From Candidatus Nanohalarchaeota archaeon (GTDB taxonomy: Archaea > Nanohalarchaeota > Nanosalinia > Nanosalinales > Nanosalinaceae), in the NCBI GenBank assembly GCA_022729235.1, contig JALDAJ010000001.1:256001-320000 (forward strand): a stretch of 64,000 nucleotides of DNA, given 5' to 3'. Position numbers and translations under genes: made by a program. Positions 58,228 through 64,000 of the stretch are shown piece after piece. Under the pieces are notes generated by a model, which did no database searches, was not told where the DNA came from, and saw only the letters and a program-made list of their open reading frames with translations. Each line of letters opens with the position of its first letter. Positions within the stretch are counted from its first letter, which is position 1.

Positions 58228-60498
58228 TCACACCTGCCGGTCGAACCACTCCTTCCACCGGGCGTATATCCTCTCCGGGTCCTGCTTACCGTACTCTTCG
58301 CCTACTCTCTCCGCCAGTATGTGGTAGCGCTGGTTCGCTTTTACCGTGAAATCTGCCTCAAGGAGCTCCGGTCTATCATTCTCATTTGCGGCTTCCACCA
58401 TGTCCTGTTTTATCTTTTTACGGAGCTGTATATTGTTCCAGACCGCCTCCCAGTCATTCTTCCACTCCCTGATGTTCTCCGCAATCCTGTTGAGAACCAT
58501 CGACTCACCGTTCTTCAGGGTATCTGTAGGCATCAGTTTGTCCTCGTTGCTATCGTAGCGCATCAGGTCGACAAAGGCGTTCTCCTCCTGTGGGTCGTTG
58601 GTCCATTCTTTCCTGACCTCGGTGATCCCTGTGACACGCCGGTAAGTGTTCAGACCGTCCGGACTCTTGATCTTGTTCACACTTACAACGACATCGGTCG
58701 CCTTGAAAGACGTTTTCGGGACACCGAGGTCGTTCACGACACGGTCATATACTGAATAGGGAGACTCTCCGTGGATGGTTCCGCCGACAAAGTTCGCGAC
58801 GGCTCCGACACGCATCGCCTCGTAAAGGGTTTTCGCCTCGTCACTCCTTACCTCTCCGATAACCAGTGCAGAATCTCCGAGACGTAGCGAGGTCCTGATA
58901 GCTTCGTCCGCTGCAAGCTCATTTTCCACCTGTGTGATGACGCTCCTGGATTTCATCCGTTCAACGTTGTAACCCAGGTCTTTCATCTGGTTGATAGGCA
59001 GCTCCAGCGTATCCTCTACCGATATAATCCTGGTCTTCTTCAGCAACTCCAGCATCGATGCGCCGAGTATCGACGACTTTCCTGCCCCACGTGTCCCCGC
59101 GAAAAGCACTGATCGACCGCCGTCAACTATGAAAGATAGTAGTGCTGCTCCCATCGGATTTATCATACCCTTATCGATGAAAAGCGGTAGAGTCCACGCC
59201 CTTGAGCGGTGTCTTCTGAACGCGAACGCAAGTCCCTCCGGCGACAGGTTCTCCTGGATTATAGCGACACGGGCGCGTCCACCAGGAACCTCTGTGTCGG
59301 TATCCAGGACCGGGTTTGCCTCGTCCAGAGGGCGTCCAGACTGGATACGGAACCTTGTAGCCCATGACTCCGCCTCTTCCTTAGTCGGTATCAGGTTGGT
59401 CTCGCACTCCTCGTATTCCTGGTGGTTGATGAATATAGAAGAGCCTCCAACCGGCGAGTTGATAAACACGTCCTGTATCTTGGGGTCACTAAGGAGAAGT
59501 TCCAGCACACCAAGACCTGAAGTGTAACGGTTGAGTATCGACGTAAGCTCGTCCAACTCCTCTCTCGTCAATCTGATATCCATCTGGTTGGCGATATCCC
59601 GGAGCATGTCCCTCCCTATATTTTCGAACACCTGCCTCATACGTTCCGGGCGGGCGAACTCTCCTGACTCGGGTTCGTGCGACGCCATAAACCTGCGCGC
59701 AGCATCAAGTAAGGTGTATTTCTCCTCGGTCAGGTTGAACTCCGGCGGGTTAACGTGGTAGACCGGCTGCACCTTGTCGGGTATCTTATAGATCGATACT
59801 TCGATATCATTCCGTACCTCATACCTGTCGATTTCTTCACCTCGCTCAGGAGGCAGTGACATAAACTTGGTAAGCATGAAGTTCGGTCTCACAAGAGGGT
59901 GGAAAAACTCCCTGTAAACCTCTCTGTCGCCGATGTGATGACCTGTTACAAAATCCTCATCTCTCGCCCTCTGTATCATCCTTGTCTCTTCCAGCCGGTC
60001 ACTAATCGGGCGGATAACATCGTTAAGAAAGTACTTGATACACCGCTTTCTCTGCGGGTAATCATCGCTCATCTCTGTCTTCAGGCGCCTCTCCTTCCTT
60101 CTCAGCTCTACGTAAGCCCCTACAGGGTCGCGCCTTAACTGATCGATAACTATCTGCTGTACCTCAGGTACATGATCCGCATAAAAAGAGTCACATTTCT
60201 CCCCGCCCTGCTCCGACAGGTAACCCTGGGAGGATATACCCTGGATAGCATCTGCGATTTCCTTAAGCATCGATACCTCTTCCTCCCCGTACTCATAATC
60301 CCTTGACTCTGATAGAACCACTGAGGACGCGTCAGGTACTTCCTGGAGGATGTTGATAACACGGGACATGACCTCGGGGTAGTCCTCTATCGACGCGCCG
60401 TAAATCGAGCCGAGAGTATTGACTTTAACTGTACCGCTCTCATCATCGTACTCGTAGTCGAAAACATCAAGATTTCTTACGTCTGCCATACCCAGCAT
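58228..60498 (-). CDS. Type IV pilus/secretion ATPase with long N-terminal extension
   Basis: GTRGAGKS, SVEDTLEL, LRLGDSALVIGEVR, GTIHG. Confidence 0.95.
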   Translation of the reverse strand: MLGMADVRNLDVFDYEYDDESGTVKVNTLGSIYGASIEDYPEVMSRVINILQEVPDASSVVLSESRDYEYGEEEVSMLKEIADAIQGISSQGYLSEQGGEKCDSFYADHVPEVQQIVIDQLRRDPVGAYVELRRKERRLKTEMSDDYPQRKRCIKYFLNDVIRPISDRLEETRMIQRARDEDFVTGHHIGDREVYREFFHPLVRPNFMLTKFMSLPPERGEEIDRYEVRNDIEVSIYKIPDKVQPVYHVNPPEFNLTEEKYTLLDAARRFMASHEPESGEFARPERMRQVFENIGRDMLRDIANQMDIRLTREELDELTSILNRYTSGLGVLELLLSDPKIQDVFINSPVGGSSIFINHQEYEECETNLIPTKEEAESWATRFRIQSGRPLDEANPVLDTDTEVPGGRARVAIIQENLSPEGLAFAFRRHRSRAWTLPLFIDKGMINPMGAALLSFIVDGGRSVLFAGTRGAGKSSILGASMLELLKKTRIISVEDTLELPINQMKDLGYNVERMKSRSVITQVENELAADEAIRTSLRLGDSALVIGEVRSDEAKTLYEAMRVGAVANFVGGTIHGESPYSVYDRVVNDLGVPKTSFKATDVVVSVNKIKSPDGLNTYRRVTGITEVRKEWTNDPQEENAFVDLMRYDSNEDKLMPTDTLKNGESMVLNRIAENIREWKNDWEAVWNNIQLRKKIKQDMVEAANENDRPELLEADFTVKANQRYHILAERVGEEYGKQDPERIYARWKEWFDRQV

Positions 60499-60531
60499 TA
60501 TTATTCAAGTAACTATTGAATAAAAGATGGG

Positions 60532-60975
60532 ATGCCCCAGCAGGATATCGTAAACCGGCTCGCAGACCAGGTCAACGACTTTAACCGCAGGGTAAGAGAC
60601 CTGGAGGAGAAGATAAGAAACCTTACAGCAAGAGTCAATACCCTGGACGACACCGTTCTCAACAAGACCAAGTCCCTATCCCAGGATGTTCAGGGTCTGG
60701 AGGACGAGATAGAAGAGGTCAGGGACAGGATAGCAAACATAGAGGTCGATATCAAGGAGATCAACCGCGAGAAGCGGAAGTTCGTGTCTTCACAGGAGCT
60801 GGAGGAGATAGAGAACTACATGGATCTTATGAACCCTATCCATTCTTCCTTCACTACAAAGAAAGAGGTCAAAGAGATAGCACAGGGGAACTCCAGCGGT
60901 CTTTCAAGAGAGCAAGTGGAGAAAATCGTGGACAGAAAGATAAAAAGCATGGAAAACCAACCAGATAATGAATAA
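60532..60975 (+). CDS. Coiled-coil protein
   Basis: Continuous heptads, ENYMDLMNP; divergent from the ATPase. Confidence 0.78.
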   Translation: MPQQDIVNRLADQVNDFNRRVRDLEEKIRNLTARVNTLDDTVLNKTKSLSQDVQGLEDEIEEVRDRIANIEVDIKEINREKRKFVSSQELEEIENYMDLMNPIHSSFTTKKEVKEIAQGNSSGLSREQVEKIVDRKIKSMENQPDNE

Positions 60976-60987
60976 GAGGGTGACATC

Positions 60988-61839
60988 ATGAAATTCCAGC
61001 TGTTCGGGAGACTGAGGGACGATGAATCAGGCGGAACAGATCAGCAACGTGAAGCGCCACAAGGAGCTCCTGGACAAGAAGAGACGCCACAGGCACTTGG
61101 CGGAGGTAGTCTTGAAAGAACAGTTGATAACCTGTTCTCACAGGGTTACGCTGAAGAGGAGATAAGACAGGAACTCCAGGGACAGTATTCACAGACAGAA
61201 ATCGACCGCGCTATAAACAATGCGGTTGCATCAACAGCCACTCCTGACACCGGTCCTGGACCGAAACCCATGACACCATACCAAAGTGAGGAAGATGCAG
61301 TAAGCCCTGTAGATGAGGGTTTCTCACAAAACGATGATACTATGGATCAGAGAGAACAAGAACCACAGCAACCAAACCCGCAGCCAGCGCCTCCTGCGCC
61401 ACAGGAGCAGACACCGCAGGAACCACAGGAAGAACAGGGCGCCCACGGCTCTAACGTGGAGGAGCTGGTGGAGACTATCGTCGCTGAAAACTTTGACCGC
61501 GTCGAGAGAGAGTTCGAGAACGTTTACCGGGAAATCGATGAGCTGAAAGATACAGCAGAAGATCTAGAGCAGCGGGTCCACGATCTGGAAGTCCGTGACG
61601 ACGAGGACCAGACACAGTTCATACAGAAAATGGATGAGATGGAGGAACACATCGACTCTTACCAGTCACGTATAGGCGGGCTGGAGAAGGCTTTCCAGCA
61701 GGTGCTTCCTTCCCTGGTCGACAACGTCAGGGACCTGACAGATCTTGTGCAGGATATCAAGCAGGAAAGAGGGATTGAAACGGATAAGAACGTTTCAAGC
61801 CAGGATATTGACGATATAGACGTTGAAGACTGGAACTGA
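60988..61839 (+). CDS. Pro/Gln-rich coiled-coil protein
   Basis: QGY.EEEI...L helix, PQ linker, ELVETIV.E, LEKAFQQVLPSL. Confidence 0.78.
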   Translation: MKFQLFGRLRDDESGGTDQQREAPQGAPGQEETPQALGGGSLERTVDNLFSQGYAEEEIRQELQGQYSQTEIDRAINNAVASTATPDTGPGPKPMTPYQSEEDAVSPVDEGFSQNDDTMDQREQEPQQPNPQPAPPAPQEQTPQEPQEEQGAHGSNVEELVETIVAENFDRVEREFENVYREIDELKDTAEDLEQRVHDLEVRDDEDQTQFIQKMDEMEEHIDSYQSRIGGLEKAFQQVLPSLVDNVRDLTDLVQDIKQERGIETDKNVSSQDIDDIDVEDWN

Positions 61840-61843
61840 TTTT

Positions 61844-62347
61844 TCAGTCACTGTTTCCGCCAGCGGTTATAGCCACGATGATAAGCAGGAATAGCAGTAT
61901 AAGTACAGGCATAACCACTTCCTGCCACGTATCTTCTATATCACCGAGGAACGCACCCAGATCTGCCTGCGTAACAAACGCACCTATGAAAACTATTGCC
62001 GCAATCGCTACAGCCGACCACAGCCTTATACTCTCCGTCTTCTCGTCCTCAGCAATGTCAATCCCCGCCACCGCCATCAAAATCATTAAACCCAGGAACC
62101 CGAAAACACCAAAAGTAAGGGCTGCAGCCAGATTAGTCATTATACCTGGCGGTAGGAAGAAGTACGCACCTCCGATCGCCAGGAATGCGACAGCCAGAGA
62201 TATAACCCCGTTTACCTGCTCATCCTCACTGATAACCTTATACTTCTCAAGGACGCCATAGGTCACCGCCAGAACCAGCAACCAGGGAAAGAACAGCTGG
62301 AAAACATCCATATCCGCCATCATCAACACTATCTGTTCGAATGCCAT
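61844..62347 (-). CDS. Multi-pass membrane protein (paralogue of 62351-62932)
   Basis: FPWLLVLAVTYGVLEK N-terminal motif, about 5 TM helices. Confidence 0.8.
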   Translation of the reverse strand: MAFEQIVLMMADMDVFQLFFPWLLVLAVTYGVLEKYKVISEDEQVNGVISLAVAFLAIGGAYFFLPPGIMTNLAAALTFGVFGFLGLMILMAVAGIDIAEDEKTESIRLWSAVAIAAIVFIGAFVTQADLGAFLGDIEDTWQEVVMPVLILLFLLIIVAITAGGNSD

Positions 62348-62350
62348 TCT

Positions 62351-62932
62351 TTATCCCTCCGAATCAGGTCCCGGCCCATGTTCGAAGAGTAAAGGCCTCA
62401 ATGTACTGTCTCCGCTCGGATCACGCATAGTGAACCAGAGAACACCTAATATCACAGCAGCCCATATAAGACCGGTATCAAAGCTGTACTGGACAACCCC
62501 GGCAATCGCATCTATCGCTGTTTCTCCTTCACCAAGCGTCAAGGCATCAAGACCTCCCGATACAGTAAATGCCACGGCCGCGATAATCAGTCCCAGAACA
62601 GCCATGACATTCTTCTTGAAGTAATCCGTGGTACCTGTAAGCCCGAGGAGCATGAAAAGCCCCAGAACACCTATGACTCCAACCGTCAGCGTCCCCAGGT
62701 AGCTGACGAAGAACATCTGGTATGCCGGATTTTGAACTATGAAGAATGATACAAAGAACGCGAATATTAAAGCGATAAGTGGCGGAAAGTTATCTTTCTC
62801 TTCTATAACCGGTACATTCTCTAGAACCGCGTAGAAGACCAGATACGATAGTAAGAACGGCAGTACTCCTATGAAGAAGTCTGCCTGTTCTAGTGTTGTT
62901 AACAACTGCGTGAAACTCCCTACATCAGCCAC
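62351..62932 (-). CDS. Multi-pass membrane protein
   Basis: LPFLLSYLVFYAVLEN motif, about 5 TM helices. Confidence 0.8.
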   Translation of the reverse strand: MADVGSFTQLLTTLEQADFFIGVLPFLLSYLVFYAVLENVPVIEEKDNFPPLIALIFAFFVSFFIVQNPAYQMFFVSYLGTLTVGVIGVLGLFMLLGLTGTTDYFKKNVMAVLGLIIAAVAFTVSGGLDALTLGEGETAIDAIAGVVQYSFDTGLIWAAVILGVLWFTMRDPSGDSTLRPLLFEHGPGPDSEG

Positions 62933-62936
62933 CTAA

Positions 62937-63194
62937 CTATTCACCTTCATAACCCTGCTTCCTGTTGTGCAGGTTCATCAGCCATAGCTCGCGGGCTATA
63001 ATCATCAATGCGAGCATCGTGATCCATGGCTCGATTATCCGACCGAAGGAAACGATTCCTACATTCTGCGGCGCCCAGAACATGGTGTACAACGCAACGA
63101 CTATAGCTCCGAGCGAAAGAATGGCTATAACAAACTCGTCGAGGATATTCTCGACCTGGTAGAAGTATTCGTGTAGTTTTCTGTCATTCATCAC
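62937..63194 (-). CDS. Small two-helix membrane protein
   Basis: 85 aa, operon context. Confidence 0.7.
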   Translation of the reverse strand: MMNDRKLHEYFYQVENILDEFVIAILSLGAIVVALYTMFWAPQNVGIVSFGRIIEPWITMLALMIIARELWLMNLHNRKQGYEGE

Positions 63195-63301
63195 ATCATC
63201 ATTCCTCCGCGTCTTCTTCGACCCATGCTTTTACCGAGGAAAAAGCCTAATGCGGCACCAATTATCAATATATCAAAGTTGTTCATGAGTTGTTCCATCA
63301 T
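63191..63301 (-). CDS. Mini membrane protein (36 aa, not in ORF track)
   Basis: MMEQLMNNFDILIIGAALGFFLGKSMGRRRRGGMMM*; GTGA overlap. Confidence 0.65.
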   Translation of the reverse strand: MMEQLMNNFDILIIGAALGFFLGKSMGRRRRGGMMM

Positions 63302-63374
63302 GTTTTTAACGCCCTCTGTAGCAGTATTTTGCTCCTTCCTTTAAATATCTAAAAGCGTTGTCAGAGTTCTGCGG

Positions 63375-63998
63375 TTATCCTACCGCAGGAGCATAGTTCC
63401 CGACTCCTGCTTCTACCTGCATCTCCGGCTCATCCTGTATTCCGGTATCCTCTAAAGCATCTTCTATGGTGTCTGCCGTCATCTCGTACAGATCCTGGTC
63501 GCAGACATCGTAATCGTTCAACTTGGTTCCGGGCGTGGAGTTGACCTCGTAAGGAACGATGGTTTTCTTTCCATCCTCATCGACCTTCCTGACACAGTCG
63601 ATAGCGAACACATCCATATCCAGCTCTTCACCGACAAGGTAGGAAACAAGCCTCTCCTCGATTCCTGAATCCATCGGCTCTTCCGAGTACTCTCCACCGT
63701 TGTTGATGTTGGTCGGTTCAGGCTCTCCGGAATCTATCTCCCTGTCGACAGCCTCATGTTCATCCCCAGCAACCCATATCCTGCTGTCAACTATATCCTC
63801 GTATACTTCGCTCTCGCTGTAGTGGTCGACGAACTCTTCGTACAGGAATCCATCCTCGAACTCATCTATTTCACCGAACTCCAGGAACTCTATACCCTCG
63901 CCGTGAGAACCTTCAAACGGTTTCTTCACAACTATATCGTCTTCTTCCATTTCGCCCTCAGCACGCTCGTAATCCCGGTAAGTCTCAGGGATCTCGAT
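63375..63998 (-). CDS. RimK-like ATP-grasp ligase, 5' partial
   Basis: IPET, VKKPFEGSHGEGI, YEEFV, TNINNGG, YEVNSTPG; frame is open to the window edge. Confidence 0.85.
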   Translation of the reverse strand: MEIPETYRDYERAEGEMEEDDIVVKKPFEGSHGEGIEFLEFGEIDEFEDGFLYEEFVDHYSESEVYEDIVDSRIWVAGDEHEAVDREIDSGEPEPTNINNGGEYSEEPMDSGIEERLVSYLVGEELDMDVFAIDCVRKVDEDGKKTIVPYEVNSTPGTKLNDYDVCDQDLYEMTADTIEDALEDTGIQDEPEMQVEAGVGNYAPAVG

Positions 63999-64000
63999 AT

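Overview
64 kb of an archaeal chromosome from a halophilic DPANN lineage, most likely Nanohaloarchaeota (archaeal 16S/23S, very acidic proteome, compact gene set; lineage inferred, not database-checked). Contents in order: the end of gdhA; a broken rRNA operon (16S and 23S separated by three ORFs and an inverted tRNA-Ala, no 5S); a low-GC islet; RNase P RNA; an arginine cluster (tRNA-Arg, ureohydrolase, ACT protein, argG, argH, argS); a first type IV pilus locus; a ribbon-helix-helix/histone locus with repeated GTAATA sites; the conserved top6A/B-dim2-rio1-aIF1A-nmd3 cluster; a 2.2 kb tRNA-Arg-anchored islet with a two-gene HEPN candidate defence module; FEN1; two acidic coiled-coil proteins; gpmI; and a second, about 14 kb type IV-like locus with about 12 pilin-like genes. 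The most striking unexplained signal is a family of small palindromic modules (AG-stem-loop-CGA/CGG). They recur in tRNA introns, RNase P RNA, rRNA leader/trailer, duplicated tRNA 3' ends and topoisomerase VI spacers. All five tRNAs carry 37/38 introns. All calls are from reading motifs by eye, and rRNA/ncRNA ends are approximate.
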